Assembly: GCA_963850905.1 (NCBI GenBank)
Contig: CAWKMU010000003.1
Coordinates: forward strand, 160,001-224,000
Length of the DNA stretch: 64,000 nucleotides
DNA from: an uncultured Gemmatimonadales bacterium
GTDB taxonomy: Bacteria; Gemmatimonadota; Gemmatimonadetes; Gemmatimonadales; Gemmatimonadaceae
Direction of reading: 5' to 3'
Shown: piece after piece, positions 49,659 to 63,584 of the stretch
Layout of the letters: the number at the start of each line of letters is the position of its first letter
Numbering within the stretch: position 1 is the stretch's first letter
Program-made: the position numbers and the translations under genes
Notes under the pieces: model-generated
Database searches by the model: none
Seen by the model: the letters and a program-made list of their open reading frames with translations, nothing else
What the model was told of the DNA's origin: nothing

Positions 49659-49753
49659 TTTTGTCGCCGGACAAAGCTGCCGCAGGCGACGCCGAGTTCG
49701 ATCGACGCCGCCCGTGCAGCACGCTCCGAGCCAGGAAAACCGGACCCCCGCAG

Positions 49754-50160
49754 TTACTTCACCTCGACCGTGGCCCCTTGCTCCTCGAGCTTGGTCTTGA
49801 TCGTGTTGGCCTCGTCCTTCGTAACGGCCGCCTTGACGGCTTGCGGCGCGCCGTCGACCAGGTCCTTGGCTTCCTTGAGGCCGAGGCCCGTGACCTCGCG
49901 CACGACCTTGATGACCTGGATCTTCTTGGCGCCTGCCTCCTTGAGCATGACCGTGAACTCGGTCTGCTCCTCGACCACCGGTGCCGCCGGCTGCACCGCC
50001 ACCCGCGCCACCCGCGGCCGGCGCCGCCGCCGACCGGGGCCGCCGCGATCGTCACGTTGAACTTCGTCTTGAACGCTTCAATCAGCTCAGCGAGATCGAA
50101 GACCGACATGTTGCCGATCGCGTCGAGGATCTCGTCTTTGGACAGCGTCGCGTTAGCCAT
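49754..50160 (-). CDS. rplL: 50S ribosomal protein L7/L12 (apparent frameshift near 50010)
   Basis: [14 protein letters not shown]-terminus; [32 protein letters not shown]-terminus. Confidence 0.95.
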
Positions 50161-50236
50161 TGTGGTTGTACCCCTCGAGAAAGAAATCGTTACCCGTGAC
50201 GACCCGTCACGGCGAGCCGAACGGTCGCCCGAACGG

Positions 50237-50770
50237 TTACCCCTGAGGCGGCGCCTCGCGCTGCGCGTGCAGCGCGGTCAGCGCCCCGACGAACATGGAC
50301 AACAGGCCGTTCAGCGCGCCGACGAACGCCGCGAGCGGCGATTGCAGGCCGGCGCCGAGCTGCGGCGAGCATCTGCTCGCGGGACGGCATCGTCGCCAGC
50401 TGCTTGACCTGGGCGGCGTCGATCGCCCGCCCGTCGAGCAACCCGCCCTTCACCGCCGGCCTCTGCTCGAACTCCTTGGCGAAGTCCGCAAGGACCTTGG
50501 CTGCCGCCACCGGATCCTTCGCGATCACGACGCCGGTGGGCCCGCGGAGCTGCGTCCCGACAGACCACTCTCGTTCACCGCACGCGGCGGCGAGCGTGTT
50601 CTTGATGACCACGTACTCGCACGCCCGCCTTCCGCAGGCGCCGGCGCAGCTCGGTCATCCCCTTCACGTTGAGCCCCGTGAAGTCGGTGTAGTAGAGCGC
50701 CGTTCGGCGCCCGTCCGATCTTCTGTGCTCGAGCTCGATCGACGAGCTCCTGCTTCTCTGTTCGATTCAT
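50237..50770 (-). CDS. rplJ: 50S ribosomal protein L10 (apparent frameshifts)
   Basis: MNRTEKQE, VIKNTL, GPTG, LATMPSREQML; position between rplA and rplL. Confidence 0.92.
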
Positions 50771-50789
50771 CTGCGCCTCAGTGCCGCTC

Positions 50790-51487
50790 CTACCCGCGGT
50801 AGGGGGTCGTGTCGATCATGATCCCGGGCCCCATCGTGCTCGAGATCGCGACGTTGCGGATGTAGACGCCCTTCGCGGCCGGCGGCCGCGACGCGAACGA
50901 CCTGGTCCATGAAGGCGCTGAAGTTGGTCTCCAGCGCATCGACGCGCGAACGAGACCTTGCCGATCGGCGCGTGGATGTTGCCGCCCTTGTCGACACGGA
51001 ACTCGATCTTGCCCGCTTTCACCTCGCGCACGGCGCGCGTGACGTCGAACGTCACCGTGCCGGCCTTGGGGTTCGGCATGAGCCCGCGGGGGCCCAGGAC
51101 GCGTCCCAGCGGTCCGATCTGCCCCATCTGGTCCGGCGTCGCGATCATGACGTCGAAGTCGAGCCAGTTCTCCTTGATCTTCGGCGATGAACTCGATGCC
51201 GACGTAGTCGGCACCCGCCGCCTGCGCCTCGCGCGCCTTCTCGCCCGCCGCGATCACGAGCACGCGAACCGACTTCCCCGTGCCTGCGGGGAGCACGACC
51301 GTGCCGCGCACCGACCTGATCGGCGTGCCGGGGATCAACGCCCAGGCGAACGGCCACCTCGACGGTCTCGTCGAACTTCGCGAACGCCGCCTGCTTGACG
51401 ATCTCGAGCGCCTGGCGCGGCTGATACTGCGACCGCCACCTCACGCCGCGCGGCCGCGGCCTCGTACTTCTTCCCGTGGTGGCGCAT
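50790..51487 (-). CDS. rplA: 50S ribosomal protein L1 (apparent frameshifts)
   Basis: [52 protein letters not shown]. Confidence 0.95.
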
Positions 51488-51913
51488 CAGCCCTTGACCT
51501 CGATGCCCATCGATCGTGCCGCGCCGGCGACCATGGCCTCCGCCGCCTCGACCGTATCGCAATTCAGATCGGGCATTTTGAGTTCCGCGATCTTGCGCAC
51601 CTGCGCGCGCGTGACGCTTCCGACCTTGTGCCTTGTTCGGCGTGCCCGAGCCCTTCTCCACCCCGGCCTCTTTCTTCAGCAGCATCGCCGCAGGCGGCGT
51701 CTTCGTGATGAAGGTGAACGATTTGTCACTGAAAATCGTCACCTCGACCGGCAAGATCGTCCCGTCCTGCGACTGCGTCCGCGCGTTGAACTCCTTGCAG
51801 AACGCCATGATGTTGATCCCCTGCGGCCCGAGCGCCGTGCCCACCGGGGGCGCCGGATTCGCGCGGCCAGCGGGGATCTGCAGCTTCACAAATCCCACCA
51901 TTTTCTTCGCCAT
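51487..51913 (-). CDS. rplK: 50S ribosomal protein L11 (one apparent frameshift near 51630)
   Basis: [37 protein letters not shown]. Confidence 0.96.
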
Positions 51914-52006
51914 CAGTCTCCTCTCTCGCGTTGAACGCTCCCACCATTGTTTTCCGTCGCTGTGGTTGGCGACGCCTTGCTCGTGCCGCTGACATTCTTT
52001 CAAGTG

Positions 52007-52029
52007 AGCCGGCGCCTCGCGCCGGCTCT
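52007..52029. terminator. Hairpin downstream of nusG
   Basis: GAGCCGGCGC-ctc-GCGCCGGCTC inverted repeat; no strong U-tract. Confidence 0.4.
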
Positions 52030-52031
52030 CA

Positions 52032-52613
52032 TCATTCCCTGACCCCTGACCCCTCCTGACCCCGCAGTTTCAGTAAGCTCTTCAACTGCAGGTAATCCAG
52101 TTCCACACTGGTCGGCCGTCCGAACAGCGACACTGACACCCGCACCTTGCCCTTGTCCGGCATGACCTCTTCGACCGTGCCATTGAAATCCGTGAACGGG
52201 CCTTCCGTGATCGCCACCGCCTGACCGACGAGGAACGGGATCTCTTCCTTCGGCTCCTCGGGCTCCGCATCCGTCGCGATTCCGAGCAGCCGGTTGACTT
52301 CCTCCGGCCGCAGCGGCTGCGGCGCGCGCTCGTGTCCCACGAACTTGATGACCCCCTGGATGCCGTTGACCGTGTGAATGGTTTCCTGGTTCATCACCAT
52401 CTCCACGAGCACGTACCCGGGGTACATCTTCCGTTCCACGTTCACCTTCTTGCCGTTCTTGATCTCGACCACTTCCTGCGTCGGAACGAGCGCCTGCCGA
52501 ATCGCGCGCTCCTCAGGAGTGCGCGGATCCTGCTCGATCCGCCGCGCGATCAGCGAACGCACCTTGTTCTCGTGACCCGCCGTGGTCTGAATCGCATACC
52601 AGCGGTGGTCCAC
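52032..52613 (-). CDS. nusG: Transcription termination/antitermination factor NusG
   Basis: [46 protein letters not shown]; true stop may be near 52070 if there is one extra base. Confidence 0.95.
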   Translation of the reverse strand: MDHRWYAIQTTAGHENKVRSLIARRIEQDPRTPEERAIRQALVPTQEVVEIKNGKKVNVERKMYPGYVLVEMVMNQETIHTVNGIQGVIKFVGHERAPQPLRPEEVNRLLGIATDAEPEEPKEEIPFLVGQAVAITEGPFTDFNGTVEEVMPDKGKVRVSVSLFGRPTSVELDYLQLKSLLKLRGQEGSGVRE

Positions 52614-52615
52614 GC

Positions 52616-52906
52616 TCACCTCGCGAATATCTGGGGTATCCACCGGACCAGGACCTCTTGCAGGATGAAATCGATGAGGGCGATGACCGCCCCAATACCG
52701 AGCGACAATACGATGACGGCAATCGACATCTTGCGGATCTCTTCGCGGGTCGGCCACGTGACCCGCCGCATCTCCGCCATGATGCTCCGATACACGGCGG
52801 GTAGCGACCGCACCATCGCGGCGATACGCGCCGGCAAGGCCTGGGCAGACGCCGCTGGCCGTCCCGGCCGGCCGGCGCCTCCCGACTGTACCACATCGAC
52901 CGCCAT
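52616..52906 (-). CDS. secE: Preprotein translocase subunit SecE
   Basis: EMRRVTWPTREE motif plus a single TM helix; upstream of nusG. Confidence 0.92.
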   Translation of the reverse strand: MAVDVVQSGGAGRPGRPAASAQALPARIAAMVRSLPAVYRSIMAEMRRVTWPTREEIRKMSIAVIVLSLGIGAVIALIDFILQEVLVRWIPQIFAR

Positions 52907-53059
52907 CTACTTCGTTTCCTTGTGCACGCGGTGCCCATTGCACCGTGGGCAGTACTTCTTCCACTCGACGCGCTCGGGGTGCGTGCGCTTGTTCTTCGCC
53001 GTGAAGTAGTTGCGGTTCTTACAACTCTCGCACGCGAGAATGATTTTTTCTCTGGGCAT
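52907..53059 (-). CDS. rpmG: 50S ribosomal protein L33 (zinc-ribbon type)
   Basis: Own translation: [50 protein letters not shown]. Confidence 0.96.
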   Translation of the reverse strand: MPREKIILACESCKNRNYFTAKNKRTHPERVEWKKYCPRCNGHRVHKETK

Positions 53060-53076
53060 TGATCATCTAGAAAGAA

Positions 53077-53191
53077 GGGGTCGGGGGTCGGGGACGAGGG
53101 GTCAGGGAACAAACTGCACAGCCAGTCGCGGCGCTGCGCCGCTAGCCTTTCGCTTTGTTCCCTGACCCCTGAGCCCCGACCCCTGATCCCT
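53077..53191. repeat. Inverted pair of heptamer arrays (GGGGTC(A/G) / (C/T)GACCCC) forming a long hairpin
   Basis: ggggtcgggggtcggggacgagggggtcagggaacaaa ... tttgttccctgacccctgagccccgacccctgatccc. Confidence 0.78.
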
Positions 53192-53194
53192 GGT

Positions 53195-54388
<1,194 letters not shown>

Positions 54389-54486
54389 TTGTCTCGTCTC
54401 GAATCCTGATTGGATTTCTCATGCCCATGCGACGACGCCGTCAGTACGTCCCTAACCTCTTCATAACTCCTTTCGCACGCTATCGA

Positions 54487-54559
54487 AGCTCGCGATCGGG
54501 ATTGAACCGATGACCTCACCCTTACCAAGGGTGTGCTCTACCGACTGAGCTACGCGAGC
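54487..54559 (-). tRNA. tRNA-Thr(GGT)
   Basis: GCTCGCGTAGCTCAGTCGGTAGAGC...CCCTTGGTAAGGG...GGTTCAATCCC...CGCGAGCT cloverleaf. Confidence 0.96.
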
Positions 54560-54652
54560 GCCTGCCCTCAACCATCATACTCAGCCAGTTCGTCTCCTCT
54601 CTCCTTCTCTGCCACTTCGTCCTGCTTCTCTTCGGCCGCGCAAGCGCCCCGA

Positions 54653-54725
54653 AGCGGGAGACGGGGCTCGAACCCGCGACATCAAGCTTGGAAGGCTTGC
54701 GCTCTACCAACTGAGCTACTCCCGC
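54653..54725 (-). tRNA. tRNA-Gly(TCC)
   Basis: GCGGGAGTAGCTCAGTTGGTAGAGC...GCCTTCCAAGC...GTTCGAGCCC...CTCCCGCT. Confidence 0.96.
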
Positions 54726-54767
54726 ACGATACCGCAGGGTGATGACTGCCACACTCCTCGCTCTCCG

Positions 54768-54791
54768 GTAGGGGCGACGCATGCGTCGCAC
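54768..54791 (+). repeat. GTAG-type REP-like palindrome inside the tRNA operon
   Basis: GTAGGGGCGACGCATGCGTCGCAC. Confidence 0.8.
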
Positions 54792-54837
54792 TCCCGCGCC
54801 GTCCGCACGTAATTGCCCTTCTCGGGCTCCTTCCGAA

Positions 54838-54921
54838 TGGTGGGGGAAGGATTCGAACCTTCGAAGGCGTGAAGCCGGCAGATTTACAGTCTGCTCCCGT
54901 TGGCCGCTTGGGTACCCCACC
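54838..54921 (-). tRNA. tRNA-Tyr(GTA)
   Basis: GGTGGGGTACCCAAGCGGCCAACGGG..GACTGTAAATC, long variable arm, GTTCGAATCC. Confidence 0.96.
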
Positions 54922-54961
54922 CACGCCCGCCTCCACCGTGCGCAAAACGCGCTCGCGACAG

Positions 54962-55034
54962 AGCCGACGGCGAGACTTGAACTCGCAACCTGCTGATTAC
55001 AAATCAGCTGCTCTGCCAATTGAGCTACGTCGGC
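54962..55034 (-). tRNA. tRNA-Thr(TGT)
   Basis: GCCGACGTAGCTCAATTGGCAGAGC..TGATTTGTAATCA..GTTCAAGTC..CGTCGGCT. Confidence 0.96.
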
Positions 55035-55060
55035 GCACGGCGGTTTTGCGCCAGACTCGT

Positions 55061-55090
55061 AGAATAGGCTGACTAGGAAACGAGTGTCAA
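55061..55090 (-). promoter_or_regulatory. Sigma70-like promoter of the tRNA-tuf operon
   Basis: Minus strand TTGACA-N18-TATTCT, about 27 nt upstream of tRNA-Thr(TGT). Confidence 0.7.
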
Positions 55091-55127
55091 GCCGTTGTGC
55101 GACGCGCGCTTGGGCCACTGGCACGCC

Positions 55128-56567
55128 TTATCGCGCCACTTTCCACGTCGTACCCGCCCCGCTGTCCGCGATCGCGATCCCTTTCGCCTCGAGCTCGGCT
55201 CGGATCGCGTCCGCCCTCGGCGAAATCCCCCTCGACCCCGCGCCGCCTGCCGTTCCCGGCAGCTCGCTCCTCGACCCAGGCGGCGAACAGCGTCGATCAC
55301 CCGTCCAGCCCGCGGCCGGGACAATCCCCAGCGTCGACTCGATGAACTCCAGGGCCGACCTGGCCTGTTCCAACGCCGTCCGGTCCGTGCCCCGGCGGTC
55401 GAGGTCGGCATTGGCCGCGTGGACGAAGTCGAACACCGCCGCCAGCGCCTGCGGCGCGTTCAGGTCGTCGAACAACGCCTCCCGCACACGCGTCTCGAGC
55501 TCGTCCGCCGCCGCCGTCATCGCCGCGGTGCCCCCCGAGCGCGGACGCCTCCGTCACACGGTCCGCCAACTCCCGCAACCGCCCCACCGCGCGCTGCGCG
55601 CGTCGAGCGCCGGCGTCCGTCAGGTTGAGCTCCTTGCCGATAGTGCGTCGTGTACACGAATGTACCGCATCGCCGCGCCCGAAATCCGCTCCTGCACGCA
55701 GGTCCGCAACCGTCAAGACGTTCCCGACTCGCTTGGCCATCTTGGCGCCGTCCGATCAGCAGGAAATCGCCGTGGCACCAGCAGCGCGACGAACGTGCAC
55801 GCCAGTCGCGCCCTCAGACTGCGCGATCTCGTCCTCGTGGTGCGGGAAGATGAGATCGACACCGCCGGCAGTGGAGGTCGAGCGTCTCCCCGAGCAACGT
55901 CATCGCCATGGCCGAGCACTCGAGATGCCAGCCGGGACGCCCGCGACCCCATGGGGAATCCCACGCCGCACCCACCCGCTCATCTTCGGGCTTCGCTGCC
56001 TTCCAAAGGGCGAAGTCCTGTGCGTTCTCCTTGGAGTAGTCGTCCTGCGCCACCCGCGCGCCGGCCTTGATTTCGCGAGTGTCGAGGCGCGAGAGCTGCC
56101 CATAGCTGGGGAAACGCCCGATCGCGAAATAGACGGAGCGATCGTCGGCCTGATAGGCAATACCCTTGCGCCACGAGACGGGCGACGAGATCGATCATTT
56201 GCGGGATGTACTCCGTCGCTCGCGGGTAATGCTCGGCGTCCTCGATCTTGAGGTAGCGCCGATCCTCGTGGAATCGCGTGATCACCGGCGCCGTCACTGC
56301 GTCGATCGTCGTCCCTTGCGCCGCTGCCTCTTTGATGATCTTGTCGTCCACGTCGGTCAGGTTCATCACCTGCTCCACACGCCAGCCGCGCAGTCGCAGC
56401 GTCCGCCGCAGCAAATCCTCGAAGAGGAACGTGCGGAAATTGCCGATGTGCGCTGGCTTGTAGACCGTCGGCCCGCACGTATACATGCGCACAGTCTGCC
56501 CGTCTGCCGGAGCAAACGGCTCGACCGTGCGCGTCATGGTGTTGTAGAGGCGAAGCTCCAAGGCCAT
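55128..56567 (-). CDS. cysS: Cysteine--tRNA ligase (many apparent frameshifts)
   Basis: [60 protein letters not shown]. Confidence 0.94.
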
Positions 56568-56661
56568 TGGAGAAAGAAAGACGAGGGACGGGGTCTGTAG
56601 TTCCGGATTCCGAGAATCGACGGCCCAGAACACTGCCCGCAGGTAATGGGAGGACCGGCGG

Positions 56662-56765
56662 GTAGGGGCGACGCCATGTGTCGCCCGCCGTTTTGCGTTC
56701 GCCCCAAATATGACGGCACGCAGGCCGTCCGCACGATCTCGGTAGGGGCGACGCATGCGTCGCCC
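56662..56765 (+). repeat. Two tandem GTAG-type REP-like palindromes
   Basis: GTAGGGGCGACGCCATGTGTCGCCC (56662-56686) and GTAGGGGCGACGCATGCGTCGCCC (56742-56765). Confidence 0.82.
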
Positions 56766-56773
56766 CCGTTGTC

Positions 56774-57961
56774 CTAACCCTGCTCCCCCTGCTCCTCCAG
56801 TGCCACCATATCGACAGCGAAACTCGGGTCCGGCAGCCACACCGCGCTGTCCGGCACGGGCACCCGAAGCACCAAGGCCCGGTCGCGGGAGACGCGCCGG
56901 AACCCGCGGCCCTCGTAGATCCGCTCGATCAGGATCCGTCGCACCACGAACCATGATGGCGGCCAGGAGCGGCACCGCTACCACGAGGCCAAGTGGCCCG
57001 AGGAGTGAGCCGGCGATCAGCACCGCCATGATACTCAGGACCGGCGGCAGATCGACTTTCTTGGACATGATCAGCGGCGACACGAGATTGCCGGCCACGA
57101 TGTGCACAAGGATGCCGACGCCGACCACGAGCAACGCCTTCGTGAGACCCGCCGCTACTCCCCAGCACGAACAGCGCCGGCAGTGTCGTCGCGAGCAGCA
57201 CGCCAAAAACCGGCACCAGCGCGGCCACGCCACTGAACACGCCAAAGGTCAGCCAATACGGGACGCCGATCGCCGCTAGTCCGATCGCCGTTAGCCCGCC
57301 CAGGATGAACATCGCCGCCAGCTGACCGACGATATACGCGCGCAGCGTGTCGGTCAGCCCGTTGAGCACGTCGCGGACCAGGTCGCGGTGGACCGGCGGC
57401 ACGAGCGCGATCAGCCATTCGCGGTACACGCCAGGATAGAGCGCGAGGTAGATGCTCATCACTCCGACAGTGAGCAGGGCGATCGCTGCATCCGACCACG
57501 GACAGCACGCGCTTGGAGACGTCGCCAAAAAGCGACGGCAGCCGTCCTGAGAGATAGTCCGATACGGGCCCGACCAGCGGATGGGCGCCCAGCTTGGTGA
57601 CGAGATCGGCCATGCCGGGGAACTTGTCGAGTTCACGCGTGACCCAGGCTTCCCACGAGGTCAACAGATTGCCGGCAGCTGCGCGAGCAGCCCCTGCGTC
57701 TGTTCGACCACCGGGGGCACCAGCAACCACACGAGCCCCGCGACCGCCCCCGCCGTCAGCACGACCGCGAGCCAGAACGCCACCAGGTCAGGTACCCGCA
57801 GCCGGTGGACGAGGTAGTCCCGCAGCGCGCCCAGGTAGAGCGCGCCCAGGATGGACAGGAAGAGCAGCAGGAAGATGTTGGCGGTGGCGACGACCACCCA
57901 CACCACGGCGGCGGTCGAGAACGATCGCCGCCAGGACCCGCCCGATCCGCACCCGCGCCAC
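56774..57961 (-). CDS. AI-2E family transporter (apparent frameshifts)
   Basis: PPVVEQ, LRAYIVGQ, LVPVFG, GNLVSPLIM..VDLPP, LGPLGLVVAVPL; hydrophobic pieces in several frames. Confidence 0.82.
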
Positions 57962-57993
57962 GCGGATTTGTCCTTGCGTCGGGCCGACGCCCG

Positions 57994-58902
57994 CTACGCT
58001 GGCTTGCGCGTGTCCGGCAATTCCTCGACGTCAGCCGTCGGAATTCCGTCGTCGGCCGAGGGCGCCGCGGGCGAAGATGTCCCGGTGCCCCCCGTCCCAG
58101 ACGTGCCACCTGCCGCAGGCAGCGCAGGGGCCGCACTGCCAGATCCAGTCGGCGGGGCGCCCGCACCGGCCCCGCCCGCGCCCAGTTGCTTGGCACTGCC
58201 GCCCGCTGCACCGCTCCCCAGCATCCCCATCTGCTGCTTCAGCTGCAGCAGCCGGAAATCTGCGTCGTTCGACCCCGCCACTCTGCTCGAGCTGCTTGAA
58301 GTCCTTGGCCAGCCGATCGCCCGTGAACTCCTCGTCGATTTCCGCCGACGCGCGGATCTGCCGCTCGCTCTGGTCGATCTTCTCTTCCATCCGCGCGAAC
58401 GCCTCGAACGCCGACTTCTCCGACAGCGCCGACATCGTCTCGGCGATCCGCTTCTGCGCCTGCGCTCGGCGCTGGCGCGCGATGAGCAGGTTCTTCTTGC
58501 GCTTGGCTTCCTCGATCTTGTCGTTCAGGTCGCGAAGCGAGTTCTTCAGCTTCTCCGTCTCGTCACGATGCGTCTGCCACGTCGTCTCCAGCGCATGGCC
58601 ATGCGTGAGGTGCTCGTTCTGCCGGACGCAGCGCCTGCTTCGCCAGATCGTCGCGGCCCTCGCGCACCGCCAGGACGGCCCGGTTCTCCCAGTCCTGCGC
58701 CTGCCGCAGCTCGGCGTCCGCTTGGTCGCGCAGTCGCTTCTCGTCGGCGATCGCCGCCGCCACCTGCTGCTTGGCCTTCACCAGCTGCGATCGCATATCG
58801 ACAATGATCTGATTCAACATCTTCTCGGGATTTTCGGCCGAGGAGATGAGTTCGTTGATGTTCGATTTCAGCAGGGTCGACAGACGGTCGAAGAGTGCCC
58901 AT
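57994..58902 (-). CDS. pspA: PspA/IM30 family protein (apparent frameshifts)
   Basis: AENPEKMLNQIIVDM...VAAAIADEKRL...A..AVREGRDDLAKQAL, FARMEEKI; coiled-coil character. Confidence 0.85.
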
Positions 58903-58915
58903 ACGTGTCCCCAGT

Positions 58916-59327
58916 CTACCGCGCGTCGCGGTAAGTCGAGAGCTCGCGCAGATGCGCCGTCAGCGCCAGGGTCATGCCCTCGTAACTCGACAGGAACTCA
59001 TCGTAGTCGAGATGCGCCAGCTCGAGCGCCTCGGTCAGCACGATCGACTCCCGTTCGATGCCGTACGACCCATGCACGAGGTCGGTTGCGTTGAGCTGAA
59101 GCAAGCCGCCGATTGAGGCTGGCCGAGGCCGCATCACTTTGCGGCACATTCATGACCTTCATCCGGAAGATCACGACCGGCGGCGAATAATGCACCACGA
59201 CGTCCAGATCGAGCCCGCTGGTCGGCCGGACAACCCACAACCCGGGCTCGACCTCGCTGTAGCTCGCGCCGCCGTTTTCTGCCGTCAGGCGGTCGAGAAA
59301 ACTCTCGATATCTTCGCGAGTGACCAT
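58916..59327 (-). CDS. YbjN/CesT-like chaperone-fold protein (one apparent frameshift near 59100)
   Basis: EPGLWVV..VVVHYSPPVVIFRMKV, LLQLNATDLVHGSYGIE..LDYDEF; directly upstream of pspA. Confidence 0.65.
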
Positions 59328-59395
59328 GTGCCCTGTTGACGTTGCGTGTGCGGTGAAACTTGCCCCGCCAGTCCCATGCGGTAAAGTCGCAACCT

Positions 59396-59546
59396 TCCCT
59401 TTCCCTTTCCTATCTACAGGCGCGTCAGCGCCCGCCCCTATCTCCTTTCTCCTCTCTCCTTTCTCCTCTCTACGGGCGCCTTGGCGCCCGTCCCCTCTCC
59501 TTTCCCCTTACTCCTCTCTCCTTTCTACGGGCGCCTTAGCGCCCGT
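59396..59546. repeat. Three copies of a palindromic unit (TCTACGGGCGC..GCGCCCG) separated by pyrimidine-rich heptamer tracts
   Basis: Units at about 59413, 59469 and 59524, period about 55 nt; spacers made of TCTCCT(T/C) repeats. Confidence 0.8.
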
Positions 59547-59561
59547 CGGCGCGTGAGCCCG

Positions 59562-62462
<2,901 letters not shown>

Positions 62463-62562
62463 AGCTTTGTAAGGTCATGGTCTGGCGTGCGGTAAGACAG
62501 GGGGGCGGGTTTGAATGAACAGCAGGGTCAGGGGACGACACCGAGGTTACGTCCGCGGACCG

Positions 62563-62641
62563 GTAGGGGCGACGCATTGCGTCGCCCGCCGTTGTCGTTG
62601 CGGTTGTCGTCCCTAACCCCTGACCCCTGGCCCCCGACCCC
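62563..62641 (+). repeat. GTAG-type REP-like palindrome plus a heptamer array
   Basis: GTAGGGGCGACGCATTGCGTCGCCC (62563-62587); ccctaacccctgacccctggcccccgacccc (62611-62641). Confidence 0.78.
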
Positions 62642-62719
62642 GCCATTTAGCCCTGCCGCAAAGCCGTCGTGACAACCGTGCCCCTTCCTGCCCCTCCCTC
62701 GTCCTCACCGTAGCCCCCT

Positions 62720-63055
62720 ATGCCCGACACTGATGCCTTGGTCGTGCTGACGACCGTCGCGAATGCTGACGAGGCTGTTCAGCTCGTCCGCGCACTGCTT
62801 GACCGCCGCCTGATTGCCTGCGGCACGCTGCTGAGCAACGCCCGCTCGTTGTATCGGTGGGAAGGGAAGGTCGCCGATGAGACTGAAGTGGTCGTGTTGC
62901 TCAAGACACGCGCAGCCCGGCTCCCGGCGCTGACGGCGGCGTTCGACGACCTGCACCCCTACAAGGTGCCGGAAGTCCTCGCCCTCCCAGTCGTCGCCGG
63001 GTCCGATAAATACCTGGGCTGGATCGACAAAGAGACCTCGTTGGCACTCGCCTGA
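62720..63055 (+). CDS. cutA: Divalent-cation tolerance protein CutA
   Basis: LIACG..SLYRWEG..E..LLKT..LHPYKVPE..Y.GW. Confidence 0.93.
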   Translation: MPDTDALVVLTTVANADEAVQLVRALLDRRLIACGTLLSNARSLYRWEGKVADETEVVVLLKTRAARLPALTAAFDDLHPYKVPEVLALPVVAGSDKYLGWIDKETSLALA

Positions 63056-63083
63056 CCGCCGATTCCAGCCGACCTCCCCGCCC

Positions 63084-63584
63084 GTGAGCGACTCACTCGC
63101 CGCCTCCGCCGTCCCGCTCCCACAGGAGCCGACCCCCTCGGCCTCCAATGGAGCCGCGAGTGCGCCCGCTCAGCCGGTCACGGAGGGGTCGACCGTCCCG
63201 AGCACGGCGTCCGGCGGAGCGGGAGGAACGGCCACCGCACAACTTCAGAGGACCGCGGAGGCGGAGTCGCTCACCGAGCAGGGGGTTCACCTCTGTCGAA
63301 CCGCACGCTGGCGGATCGCGATCGAGCCGCTGCGCCGAGCCACCGAGCTCGATCCAGCGAATGCGACGGCGTTCTACTACCTCGGCGACGCGTGCAACCA
63401 CGCCGATGAGCTGGCGCATGCGCTCGAAGCGTTCGAGGCGGCGTCGAGACTCGAGCCCGATCACTGGCGGGCGCTGAAGGGAATCGGAATCGTGCTGGAT
63501 CGCATGCGGCGGCCTCAGGAGGCAGCAGCGGCGTACCAGCGGGCCCGCGAGGCGCAGCATAAGGCGACGCCGCGGCAGTCGTGA
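63084..63584 (+). CDS. Tetratricopeptide repeat protein
   Basis: TPR-like repeats A.E.LRRA.ELDP.NA.AFYYLG, A..LEPDH..A..GIG; start uncertain. Confidence 0.8.
   Translation: MSDSLAASAVPLPQEPTPSASNGAASAPAQPVTEGSTVPSTASGGAGGTATAQLQRTAEAESLTEQGVHLCRTARWRIAIEPLRRATELDPANATAFYYLGDACNHADELAHALEAFEAASRLEPDHWRALKGIGIVLDRMRRPQEAAAAYQRAREAQHKATPRQS

Noticed and set aside
54522..55124. 200-aa ORF over the tRNA cluster
   Set aside because: It overlaps four clear tRNA genes, so it is spurious
59396..59546. CRISPR-like spacing: palindromic ~23-nt units with ~33-nt spacers
   Set aside because: Only three imperfect units, the spacers are low-complexity pyrimidine heptamers similar to each other, and no cas genes are in the window
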